From Planctomycetota bacterium (GTDB taxonomy: Bacteria > Planctomycetota > UBA8108 > SXIK01), in assembly GCA_965223265.1 (NCBI GenBank), contig OZ244999.1, positions 3,200,001 through 3,264,000 of the forward strand: a stretch of DNA of 64,000 bases, read 5' to 3'. The notes under the pieces were generated by a model. It was not told the origin of the DNA. It ran no database searches and saw only the letters and a list, made by a program, of their open reading frames with translations. Position numbers and translations under genes: made by a program. The stretch's first letter is position 1. Every line of letters starts with the position of its first letter. Below are positions 1 through 10,300 of the stretch, one piece after another.

Positions 1-3000
1 GGATGTGGATGAAAACGAGAGCGGCGAGCACTTCCGCTAAGTAGACGTAGGACGTTTTGCCGCGGTCTGGGAGGTCCAGAGGGTCGAGACGCGGTGTCAC
101 TGCGAAGCGAAAGAGGCAGATAGCGAGCACCGCCGCACCGGCGAGAAACACCGACTGCATCGCGGCAGAGTAGGGCGACGTATTGCCATCCGACCGGCCG
201 GCGAAGTCGAACCAGCAGACGGCCGCCACAGCGAGGAATGCCGACATCAAACACCAGACGGTTACGATCGACAAATCGCCACGCCAAACGTCCCAGCGGC
301 CGCGAACGCCGACGCGCAGATGGCTCGTGAGGGATGCCACGAGGCTCAGCGGTAGGACGGCCGCAGCGAGCAGGTGCGAAAGGTCCAGGTGCGCCAATGG
401 CGGCTCGATCCATGCCCACGCAAAGAGAACCGATGTCAATGCGAACGTGGCTAGTGCCAACTGGCGAGTGGAGGGCTCGCACGTACGCGATATGTCGACG
501 ACTGCGAACACCAAAGGCGGCGCGAGTGGACTGAGAGCAATGGCGAGACGTACCGGCAGTTGACTGCCCTCGGGCGCGAGCGTCCACATGCCGGCGAATC
601 CCAGCATGAGCGTAACACCAGTCAGAGCGATGTGTACGCCCAGGAGCCAGTCGTCGATGGCACTTTCGGCGCGGCCATCTCTTGCCTGCGAATGCATGCG
701 AGCGAACCAAGCTCCGAGCGCGCGCTGCACCCGGCGGTTTTGCCACAGCGTCAAACTCAAGCTAGTCGTTGTTGCGAGTCCTAGCGGCAAGACGATTCGC
801 AGCGCTGCGGCACTGACATGGAGCTGCTCGAGCACAAGAAGAAGCGTGAGTGACGGCATCGCGAACAGCGCGGCGGCAGCCAGAGGAGTTCGGCGGCGCA
901 ACATCGTCTGCACTGCGAGTGCCGTGGTGACACCAAGCGTGCTCCAGGCGAGCGCCCCAGACGCAGAGTGTGGGAGCCCGCTCCACGCACCGTGGATAAC
1001 GTGACCAGTAGTCGCCGCCAACGTGGCACAGCCGAGGCCGGTGGCTAAATCCGTCGCTACCGGTGATGACGACGATGATCGGCGGTGGCTCGGGAGCATG
1101 CTCGAAGTGACGAGGCTCGCTGCGGCGAACACCGCGACGTTGAGTCGAAGAACGTTCAACGCGAGAGACTGGTCTGGAGGTGGCGGCGGGAGATTGAGCC
1201 AGAGGTGTGTCGCAGCGAGCGCGGCAAATGCGGCAGCGGCGGTGGTGCTCAGCCGGGAGCCAAGCGTGACGCCTTGGATCATGCTGAAGACCGCGACCGC
1301 GAGTAGCGGCAGTGCCGTGGCAAGGGGCAGCCCGAGGTTGTCGAACAGTGTTCCGGCGGGTAACGACCCGAGGTTCTGCATCGAACCTGGCGACGTGAAA
1401 GCTAGCACGAAAACCGTTACGGGCGCGGCGCCCATAAGGGCGGCGAAAACGCGGGTGAATCGCGGGACCCAGCGCTGTGTGGGCTGTCGAGCCTTGCGCG
1501 CTTCCAGTAGAGACTTGAACGTCTTCGGCAAGATCCAGAGTGAGCCTGAGAGCGCGCAAAAGAAAACGGCGAGTGACCATTCGAGTGTGATCATCGAGTA
1601 GAGCGTCGTCCCCGGCGCTATGCTGATCATCAGCATAGGACAGAGCATCCAGAGTGCCATCAAGAGCGCGACGAAGAGCGGACGCGTGAGGGCGCTCGCG
1701 AGCTGAATCGCAAGAGTGAGCGTCAGAACTCCCCATAGCGTCCAGCCGAGACCGTCAGAGCCGACACTGATGGTATAGACCCAAACGGGAATGAGTGCGA
1801 ACGCTGCCACGCCACAAGTGAGGCGGCATAGAGTCGCGACCCCTAGCTCTTTTGGTTTGACGAAGAAGTGGTACAGCGACACGATCAGCTGGAGCACTAA
1901 CACCGCGAGTGAACATGCGGCCACCGTCATCAGATCAGGAAGGGGCTGGAATTGAGGCGAGCCGGCGACCGCAGCGGCTCCAGCGCAGGCGGCGCTGAGT
2001 GACAGCGTCGCGTGTGCGACGACGCGCAGCGGGGTTGATCCATCGAAGCGGGCGCTGCCACGCAAGATGACGGCGAGCCAAAGGAGACGCGACGCGTACA
2101 AAGACATTGGGTGTGGCGCCGCTATCGACCAAGCCACGATCTCGAATGCGGGAGAGATCGCCAGTTGGGCGGCGGCGGCGATCATGGCGACACTCGCTAC
2201 AACGCGGCAGAGTGGCGAGCAGCGTGCAAGCGCAGCACGAGGGTGCCCGTGCGTCAGGTGGCCGATGATAAGCGCCGCCGACGCAAACGACAGCAGGGTG
2301 AAACCGTGTGGCTCAAGCGGCTGGAGCGCAGTCGGCAGCGCAAAGAGAATCCCCTGCGACAAGCTGCCGAGCAGACACACCATGGAGGCAACCGTGAGCG
2401 CGGTCGCGGTGACGTTCGAAGTTGCCAGCACGGCAGCGCCGAATGCTGCAGCGGCGCCAACGGCATACGTCCAAGTGACGGCGTAGGGATCGCCGGGGAC
2501 ACCGAAGCCATGCACCGTCAGGAGTGTCATGCTGACGGCGAAACAGAATGCTGCACAGGCGGCAAGTCCAGAGGCGAGCGATCTCGCTTTGCGTTTTGCC
2601 GCGATAAGGCTACAGGTGGCGTAGGCAGCAACTGGAATCAAGAGCCAGTTGCCGGATGCTCCTGAGGAAAGCGCGTCGAACAGCTCTCCTGGGGTGCCTG
2701 GTTCCTGCCGGTACGTCGAGTGGACGAGGAGGAGAAAACTGGTGATCCAGAACGGCGCGGCGGCGAGGTGGAGCCACGGTCTGTTGCCACCGATTGCTGC
2801 CGAGAGCAGGATAACGCCGCTGATGGTGGAGGCCGCGATGAGCTCCGCGGGTCGCGGCCAAGCGAGGACAACACCGATCGCGTGGAGTAGGCCTCCGAGT
2901 AGAGAGATGGTGAGCGCGACGACTGCGAAGAGCGGCAGCGTCCGCCGCAGTCGAGCGTCCAGAAAGAGGCCTACGGCGATCGGCACAGCCGCGAACAAGC

Positions 3001-4066
3001 TGAGTAGGGGGCTGAGCGTCTGAAAGCTCTGCCAAGATCTTCCCGAAGGCGACAGGCGAACCACCAGAAGGAGGAGAGACAACGCCACGGCGAAAGTGAT
3101 GACGCCATGAAACGAAAGGAGGCTGCGAGCTTTCAGCGCGCCGACGCGCCGCCACCGCGACGCACCGACCAGTGCGATCGCGTGGGTGAGTGCATAGATG
3201 GTCAGCGGTGCCGCAGCGAGACAGTAGGCGCTGAGCGGGGTCGACGTTGCGCTCGCCCAGCGGCGAACCCCGAGCATCAAAACCGACGCGCCGACGACTC
3301 CAAGCGTCACGAGTCCTGGCCAGGGGCGAGCGAACGTCCGCGCGGCACGAAAAACGAGCAACGAGAATACGACCGCGGCGAAGAGTTCACCGGCGATCAT
3401 TCCTGCATCGTTTCCAGCGGGTGAACGTGAGAACGCGACCAGCGCCAGGAAGTTCAGCGGCACGAGCATGGTCGAGATGATGAGAAGACCGCGGCTGGTG
3501 AGCGGGATCCTCCAACGGTGGTAGGTGTAGAGGCCGGCTCCGAAGAGGGCCGCAGTGATGGCCGTGAAGAGAAAGAACTTGAGGAGCTGGCTCGCTCCGA
3601 TCTGCGCCCAGAAACTCATCACGAGTGCCGTCGACGAAGCGACGACGAGCAGACCACCGACGAGCTCGCCCCAGCGGATGTTTTTTGCCGCCATGAACCC
3701 GGCGAAGAGCTCGCCTACGGACTTGCGCGGCGGTCGGGCGGCGAGATCGGCACTCGGTGGCGCAGTGTCCTCTCGGCTTGCCCGCAGGGCCACTTCGGGG
3801 ATCACCGCGGAGAGAGGATCGGCTTCCGTGGACCTTCGAGTCTCGTCTTTCGCAGGGAGGACCACGGACTGCGACGGGGAGGTGTCAGGCGACGTGTTCT
3901 TCGCCTTCGAGATCGTCCTACCCAAGGCACGAGACCGACCCTCCCGAATCGCAGCGAGGGCGCGTCGATAGGAGGTGTCGTCCAGGAGTTCGGCTTCCCA
4001 GAGCCACCGGAGGTGCTTCTCAGTGATCTCGAGCTCCTCGAGATGTCTCTGCGATCGGTCCACCAT
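1..4066 (-). CDS. Very large polytopic membrane protein (>1350 aa), 3' end runs off the window; missing from the ORF track
   Basis: Manual translation of several segments: ATG at 4066 after a GGGGAG RBS, MVDRSQRHLEELEITEKHLRWL..., FAGFMAAKNIRWGELVGGLL..., and the same frame still open at the window start (KTSYVYLAEVLAALVFIHI). The track lists no closed ORF in this frame. Many hydrophobic segments. Confidence 0.85.
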   Translation of the reverse strand, partial: MVDRSQRHLEELEITEKHLRWLWEAELLDDTSYRRALAAIREGRSRALGRTISKAKNTSPDTSPSQSVVLPAKDETRRSTEADPLSAVIPEVALRASREDTAPPSADLAARPPRKSVGELFAGFMAAKNIRWGELVGGLLVVASSTALVMSFWAQIGASQLLKFFLFTAITAALFGAGLYTYHRWRIPLTSRGLLIISTMLVPLNFLALVAFSRSPAGNDAGMIAGELFAAVVFSLLVFRAARTFARPWPGLVTLGVVGASVLMLGVRRWASATSTPLSAYCLAAAPLTIYALTHAIALVGASRWRRVGALKARSLLSFHGVITFAVALSLLLLVVRLSPSGRSWQSFQTLSPLLSLFAAVPIAVGLFLDARLRRTLPLFAVVALTISLLGGLLHAIGVVLAWPRPAELIAASTISGVILLSAAIGGNRPWLHLAAAPFWITSFLLLVHSTYRQEPGTPGELFDALSSGASGNWLLIPVAAYATCSLIAAKRKARSLASGLAACAAFCFAVSMTLLTVHGFGVPGDPYAVTWTYAVGAAAAFGAAVLATSNVTATALTVASMVCLLGSLSQGILFALPTALQPLEPHGFTLLSFASAALIIGHLTHGHPRAALARCSPLCRVVASVAMIAAAAQLAISPAFEIVAWSIAAPHPMSLYASRLLWLAVILRGSARFDGSTPLRVVAHATLSLSAACAGAAAVAGSPQFQPLPDLMTVAACSLAVLVLQLIVSLYHFFVKPKELGVATLCRLTCGVAAFALIPVWVYTISVGSDGLGWTLWGVLTLTLAIQLASALTRPLFVALLMALWMLCPMLMISIAPGTTLYSMITLEWSLAVFFCALSGSLWILPKTFKSLLEARKARQPTQRWVPRFTRVFAALMGAAPVTVFVLAFTSPGSMQNLGSLPAGTLFDNLGLPLATALPLLAVAVFSMIQGVTLGSRLSTTAAAAFAALAATHLWLNLPPPPPDQSLALNVLRLNVAVFAAASLVTSSMLPSHRRSSSSSPVATDLATGLGCATLAATTGHVIHGAWSGLPHSASGALAWSTLGVTTALAVQTMLRRRTPLAAAALFAMPSLTLLLVLEQLHVSAAALRIVLPLGLATTTSLSLTLWQNRRVQRALGAWFARMHSQARDGRAESAIDDWLLGVHIALTGVTLMLGFAGMWTLAPEGSQLPVRLAIALSPLAPPLVFAVVDISRTCEPSTRQLALATFALTSVLFAWAWIEPPLAHLDLSHLLAAAVLPLSLVASLTSHLRVGVRGRWDVWRGDLSIVTVWCLMSAFLAVAAVCWFDFAGRSDGNTSPYSAAMQSVFLAGAAVLAICLFRFAVTPRLDPLDLPDRGKTSYVYLAEVLAALVFIHI

Positions 4067-4262
4067 TTGATCGGCTCCCCCGAGCTGCCGTGCGCGCGTT
4101 CACCCGAGCTACGCGAGAGATTCTGCGGGCTGGCGCCAGAGATGACAATGCGCCGATCGTGAGGAAGTTGTGCTCGCGGGGTTGTAGCACGAAGATCCGA
4201 ATCCGCAGGCGAAGACCACTGCGGACTCGGATCGGGCGTCCATGTCGCTTGGTACTGAAAGT

Positions 4263-4287
4263 GCCGGAGCCCGCAGGCGGCTCCGGC
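4263..4287 (-). terminator. GC-rich hairpin downstream of the dockerin-protein gene
   Basis: GCCGGAGCC-loop-GGCTCCGGC, about 20 bp past the stop at 4305, with only a short U tract. Confidence 0.45.
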
Positions 4288-4304
4288 GTCCCACTCAGCA
4301 GGAC

Positions 4305-5171
4305 TTAGCAGGACTCTTCGATCTCCGCGCGGATTTCAGCCGGTGTGATCGTCGCGTCATTGTTCGTCAGGTCGCAGTCGTCGTTTTCTTCGTTGGCGTC
4401 GATGAAAATGTCCGGGTCGTAACTGAGCCGCACTTCGTAAGAGGGCGGGAACTCGGTCGAGAGAATCCAAAGGCGTTCATAGGAAACGTCGACACCGAAT
4501 CCTGCCTGCACGGCGGTGAAGTCTTTGCTCGCGACGAGCGTGCGCGTTCTGCCCTGGACCTCGTAGAGGAGCAGACTCTGTGGACCGAGGCGCGAACGAA
4601 AGTCTTGGCTGGAGATGTTGGTCGCTTCACCCCGAATCCGAATGCGGGCCGAGCCGTTGAAACAGGTGACCGTCTGAACTGAGATGCTGGCGGCGAGATC
4701 GAGGCCGCAGCCCGTATTGACTTCGCAGGGACCGCGAGTGGCGCAGCCCAACTGATCAGGCGTCGGGTCGAAGCCGCAGGCACCGACAGGTGGAGGGATC
4801 GTCGGGGAGCCGAGAAACATGAATCCTAGCAACGCCATCGGGTCAGAGATGTCCACGACGCCGTCATCGTTAACGTCGGCGGCCTTCATGCATGTCGGCT
4901 CCGAGCTTCCCGAGACGAACAGAAAGTTCAGGGTAAACACGCCATCGGACACGTCGGCAGAACCATCTTGATTCGCGTCGCCGCGCTCGAAGGGGTGGTC
5001 GATATTCGCGATCGGTGGAAGGACCGGGCCAATGATGTCGGGATCGATGATGTCCGGGTCGATCACGATCCCAGGGTCGATCAACTGCGCCGGTAGTGAA
5101 GTGGTACCGAGCCAAGCAGTGGCGACAGCGAAAGCCAAGAGACGGATGGCTGAAGTGGTGCAGCGGTTCAT
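4305..5171 (-). CDS. Secreted dockerin-like (EF-hand pair) domain protein with C-terminal Ig/CARDB-like domain
   Basis: Signal peptide from MNRCTTSAIRLLAFAVA, IDPD repeats, RGDANQDGSADVSD...AADVNDDGVVDISD, C-terminal DCDLTNND. Start moved downstream from the track start. Confidence 0.8.
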   Translation of the reverse strand: MNRCTTSAIRLLAFAVATAWLGTTSLPAQLIDPGIVIDPDIIDPDIIGPVLPPIANIDHPFERGDANQDGSADVSDGVFTLNFLFVSGSSEPTCMKAADVNDDGVVDISDPMALLGFMFLGSPTIPPPVGACGFDPTPDQLGCATRGPCEVNTGCGLDLAASISVQTVTCFNGSARIRIRGEATNISSQDFRSRLGPQSLLLYEVQGRTRTLVASKDFTAVQAGFGVDVSYERLWILSTEFPPSYEVRLSYDPDIFIDANEENDDCDLTNNDATITPAEIRAEIEESC

Positions 5172-5568
5172 GCGTCTGGTCCTCGAGAGAAGTTGCTGTG
5201 AGCGTGCCGTCCGTGGCCCGCGTACGTCTTCTGAGGGCCAACATGGCGCCTTGGTGTAACGCACGATTCCTGCTGGTTCGTAGGTCGTTGTGCTGCTTTT
5301 GGTTACGCGTTCTCCCTGAGGCGCCTCACGGGTGTTGCTGGTTGCCGCGGAGGGGCTTCGATAGCGACGTGGAGTTTTCGTTCGCCGGTGTGCACAGAGA
5401 CCATCATTGCCACGCCGCTGCGCCGCTGGTGTTCGGCGCGCCGCATTTCGGAGCGCTTCGCAGTCGCAAAAGCGCCGGGAATTTCCCAAAATCTACCAGC
5501 GCCTCCCGCCTGCGCCCAGAAAGGCAACCGTTTTCACCCGCCAAGCCGCACAACGTACAGGAGAAGAC

Positions 5569-6693
5569 ATGACGCGAAGCGAGAACCACGACTGGACGGA
5601 AGCCAACGCGAGTCACAACGCCGCGGAGAAAGTGAGCAGGGGTGCACCGACGACACTGGGCCGTCGTTCCTTTCTTTCGGCCGCTGCTGTCGCCACTACG
5701 TCGACGCTGTTGGGGCGCGAGTTCGGCCCCGGGGCTCCGCCCGTTCGCTACCCTGATCCTGACATCATCGTGCTCGACAAACGCTTCGCAAAGTACAAGC
5801 TTGGCAACACCCCGATCCAGCGGCTACATGTTGGCACGCTGTGGGCGGAAGGTCCGGCATGGAACGGTGTCGGGCGGTACCTCCTTTGGAGTGACATCCC
5901 CAACAACGTGCAGCTGCGCTGGCTGGAGGAAGACGGCCATGTGAGCGTCTTTCGCCATCCATCTGGCAACAGCAACGGAAATACGTTCGATTTTCAGGGC
6001 CGTCAAATCGCGTGTGAACACGGCAATCGACGCGTCGTGCGCTACGAGTATGACGGTAGTGTGACGATGCTGGCAGACAGCTGGGAAGGTAAGCCGCTGA
6101 ACGCGCCGAACGACGCCGTTGTCCATCCGAACGACGGCGCGATTTGGTTCACCGATCCAGGCTACGGCAGCCTCATGAACTACGAGGGTAAGAAGGGGCC
6201 GCTGCACATCAAAGAGGCGGTCTATCGCATCGATGCGCAAAGCGGCAAGATGGCGAAGGTGACGGACGAGATCTACAAGCCGAACGGTCTTTGCTTCTCG
6301 CCCGACTACAAAAAGCTTTACGTTGCTGACACGGGCGCATCCCATTACCCCGACGCGCCGAAGAACATCAAAGTGTGGGACGTCGTTGACGGCAAGACGC
6401 TCTCCAATGGCGGCGAGTTCGCCTCCATGGAGCTCAGCGGCAAGGCGGGGTTCGCCGACGGCATCCGCGCCGACGTCGACGGCAACATTTGGGCGAGCGC
6501 CGGGTGGGTCGGAGCTGGATACGACGGCGTCCACATCTTCGCTCCAGATGGCGAGCGCATCGGAATGATTCGCTTACCGGAAATCTGCTCGAACGTCTGC
6601 TTTGGCGGCAAGAAGCGCAACCGTCTCTTCATGACCGCGAGCCAGTCGCTCTACTCCGTCTACGTCGAAACGCAAGGTGCGCACATCAGCTGA
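5569..6693 (+). CDS. SMP-30/gluconolactonase family protein, Tat-exported
   Basis: AGGAG RBS, RRSFL twin-arginine motif, WAEGP, NAPND, PNGLCFSPD and ADGIRADVDGN motifs. Confidence 0.92.
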   Translation: MTRSENHDWTEANASHNAAEKVSRGAPTTLGRRSFLSAAAVATTSTLLGREFGPGAPPVRYPDPDIIVLDKRFAKYKLGNTPIQRLHVGTLWAEGPAWNGVGRYLLWSDIPNNVQLRWLEEDGHVSVFRHPSGNSNGNTFDFQGRQIACEHGNRRVVRYEYDGSVTMLADSWEGKPLNAPNDAVVHPNDGAIWFTDPGYGSLMNYEGKKGPLHIKEAVYRIDAQSGKMAKVTDEIYKPNGLCFSPDYKKLYVADTGASHYPDAPKNIKVWDVVDGKTLSNGGEFASMELSGKAGFADGIRADVDGNIWASAGWVGAGYDGVHIFAPDGERIGMIRLPEICSNVCFGGKKRNRLFMTASQSLYSVYVETQGAHIS

Positions 6694-6996
6694 CTCGCCA
6701 CGCGGCGGCGCTTCTGGTCGCCGGTGTTGAGTCGTTGGCGGAGAAGGACGGCGCCGTGGGGTGATTCTCTGACTTCCGTGGCGCGTCGGTTGCGTGGATG
6801 CTGTCTTGCGGATTCAGACGGCGCATGACGATCTGGCTGACGCTGACGCTTCTGCCACGGTCTCTGTTCGCAACGTTGTCTGCAACAGAGAGGCTTTCGA
6901 GACCGTGCGCGATGGAGTGAGCGTGTGCGTCAGCGTGGGCAGGTGTGTTCGGGTGAGCGTGAGCGTGTGCGTGTGCGAGACACGGGTCGGCGCCGG

Positions 6997-7155
6997 TTCT
7001 GTCTCTGCTTCTGTCTCTGCTTCTGTCTCTGCTTCTGTCTCTGCTTCTGTCTCTGCTTCTGTCTCTGCTTCTGTCTCTGCTTCTGTCTCTGCTTCTGTCT
7101 CTGCTTCTGTCTCTGCTTCTGTCTCTGCTTCTGTCTCTGCTTCTGTCTCTGCTTC
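6997..7155. repeat. Perfect tandem repeat (TTCTGTCTCTGC) x13, intergenic
   Basis: Counted directly. Degenerate 6-bp-period repeats (GTGAGC/GTGTGC) lie just upstream. It sits between convergent genes. Confidence 0.97.
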
Positions 7156-7305
7156 CGCCTACCTGATTCTGCTCGGACCGTCCGCGCCCGCCGAGCCGCG
7201 AAGTCGATCTTTAAAGTAGCAGGCACACTCCGGTGTGCCGTCCGGACGTGACCGGTGGACCGTGGACCGTCAGTTACGACGGCACGTTTGAGAAAGCTCG
7301 CGCCT

Positions 7306-10300
7306 CTATGTGCCCGGATCGATCAGATCGAAATTCCCAGACAGCACCAAATCCAGCCTCCCTGTGCGCCAGCCCCGCACCCGATCCCGGACCAGCGGTG
7401 TCGGTTCGCGTCGATAGCGCCGGACGACTGCCGTGGTTTCTTCGTCGACTGTCAGCGCACGCCTGGCTTGGGCCTGGAGTGTCTCGTTCGTGGCGGCGTG
7501 ATCGTCTTGCGGCGCGACGTACACCCTGACGGCACTCTTCACTCCACCCTGCGACGACGAGGGACCGGCTTCGAGAACGTGAATGCCGCTCTCTGGCTGC
7601 AGGATGTTGAACGCAGCGTAACCTTCGATGAAAAGATCTGTTCTCTGGGAAGACTTCTGATCGTCCGGGTCGACATCGAGAAGGTTGCATTTCATCTCTC
7701 GAGCTTTGGCCCACCGCGTGTACATCTCGACCAGCTGCCGCGCGAAGTCAAGATCACGCACACCGTCTGCACGAGTCGAGCTTGGTTCGACGCGCAGGAA
7801 CGCATCTCTGGGCGTGCCGGCCATGATTTCTGGATACGCCATCTCCAGTAGGTAGATCTTTTGCGCCACGCGACGCAGGAGATCCGGGCGCATGCGAGAT
7901 GTCGATGATTCGAGGCGAGAGAGGAGCGCGGCAGTTGACTCGAGGCTCGACTCTACCCGGTCGATGTATTCCACCAAGCTAAGCGTCTTGAAACGTGTCT
8001 CGTCCTCCCAGAAGCTGGGCTGAGACATGGAATCGAGCGCGCCCTGCTTTCTGCTCTTGAAAGTATTCGCTTCGAGAAGTAGGGCGAGGTCTTCGTACTG
8101 CTGTCTTAGGTAGCGAACTTCGTCGAGGGTGCCACGCGCGTGGAGAACCAGACCGCTAGTTTTGAGGCGACCTTTCGCCTCCTCATCGTCGAGGGGCATC
8201 GAAGTACCATGGCTGGGGTGTGGCGAGGCGTCAATGGCGTCGTCTCCTTGATCCATCGCTTCGACGACGAGTCCGCCGTCTTGACGCCGCACGAGCAGAA
8301 TGTGGTCGCCGGCCGGAAACTCGTGACGAACGATCGCCATGGCGAGTGGGGTGAGGAGATGTTGCTCTACCGCGCGGCGCAGCGTTCTGGCTCCGAATTC
8401 AGCGGAGAATCCTCGTTCGAGCAGAAACTCGAGTGCGCTTTCATCCCAATCGATGAGCCATGAACGATGTCGCAAGCCGCGGCGTGTCAGCGCGCGGTCG
8501 AGTTCGAGTTTCAAGATCTCGCGCATCGTTTTGCGACTCAGCGGTCTAAAGACCACGATGCGATCGAGACGGTTGACGAACTCCTTGCGAAACGTCTCGC
8601 CGATCGCGTTGGTTACTTCCTCGGAGCGGTAGTCCTCCACCGAGGTGGTCGTCGGCGGGACGAATCCCGGGGCAGGCGAGTGGGCATTCGACGCGCCGAT
8701 GTTCGAAGTCAGAATGAAAATGGCGTTACGACAGTCCGCAGTGTTGCCACGGCGATCCGTCAACCGGCCGTCGTCAAAAACCTGAAGGAACAGATCCCAC
8801 ACCGCTGCGGTCGCCTTCTCGAACTCATCGAGCAGGACGACAGCGAAAGGCTGCTGTCGGATTTGACGGACGAGAGAGAGGCGATCTTCCGCGCTGTCTG
8901 AATCCCCAATTAAGCGTCCTAGAGAGGAGTCGGTCGTGAACTCGCTCATGTCGAGTCGAATCATTCGATCCGCGGAGCCAAAGAGGCACTCGGTAAAAAC
9001 CTTCGCGACCTCAGTTTTTCCGGTTCCGGTCGGACCGGCGAAGAGAAAAACTCCTAACGGTCGTGTTGGGTCGGTCAGGCCCGCCTTGATCATGGCAACT
9101 CGTTCGACGAGGACGTCGGTCGCCTCTGGCTGCCCAAGGACGCGACGCCGAAATTCTGCACTGAGTTGCGTGAGATCGAACGACCTTTGTTCGTCGACGA
9201 GTTCCGGCGGTAGTCCGGTCACCTGTGTCACTGTGAGAACTAAGTCATCCCGGTCGATCTCAACTGTTCGCGTTTGCGACGCTGGCTGCGACGAGAGCTC
9301 CGAGACTTTCCTCTTCCACGTGAGTTTCAGAAAATCTAGCAGGTTGCCCGGAGCTTGGCGCGTGGGGAGATACTGACGGACGAGTTCCGCCGCCTCGTCG
9401 AGTGTTTCGTCCGAGATCGTGGCTGGAGACGTCGGCGTTGTGTTCTTGGCAGCCCAGGATCGTGCGATTTCGCGTGTCGTTGTTTCACTTGGCGGACGAA
9501 GCATCACGGTCTCGACGACGCCACGCAGACGAGGAAAGGCGAGACAGACGCTCTCGAATCCGCTGGGCAGAAGCTCACCGACGAGCTTCACAGCTCCTGA
9601 TTCGACGTGAGGCAGAATCATGTGGAGGACGCCGACTTGGTTGAAACGATGGGTACCAGTCGTCATAAGTTCATGAAAGTTCTCGACGACCCAGATCACG
9701 CGCTTGTGTGCGATCTGTTGGATCAATGTCGTCACGCGCTCCTCGAGTTGTCCTATGTAGCACTGGCCGGCATTGACCTGGGCGCTGCTAGCCTTGAATA
9801 CACTGAAACCGTCGTCTCTCAGCTTGTCCACGAGCGTCGACGTCACGGTGGACTTGCCGACTCCGGAATCGCCGACCATGAGCACGGATCGTGGGTTCTC
9901 GTGGTCGGTGAGAGCCTTTCTCATCTTGTCAACCGCGCGTTTCAGCGCATCGTGTTGGATGATGTCCAGGTCAGAAGGCGACTCTGCGCCTCGATTCCTG
10001 GGCGGGAAAGCTGGCGACAGCGTACCAAAGCCGCTGAGAAATTCCGTGTCGAGCGACTCGGAACGCGAGCGCTTGATTTCGTCGAGAAGTGGTTTGCGGT
10101 ACGCACTGCGGAGCTTGAGCGCGATGTCTCTGAGCTGTTCGGCAGCGCTGACGGAGAGGCCTGAGCTTGAGAGGCCGAGCTCGAGAGAGTCGCCATCTTC
10201 AAGGCGGGCAGCGATGAAGTCCTCAAGCACGCTGACGAGTAACTCGTCCTCCCAGTCGGAGTCAAGCCGACGCAACACGGAAGAGAGAATCGGGCTGGTT

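Noticed and set aside
6997-7155. Possible CRISPR array
   Set aside because: Head-to-tail repeats with no spacers, and no cas genes in the window
6794-7251. ORFs encoding SVSA, CFCL or RQKQ repeats
   Set aside because: By-products of the stop-free 12-bp tandem repeat, with no RBS or protein-like flanks
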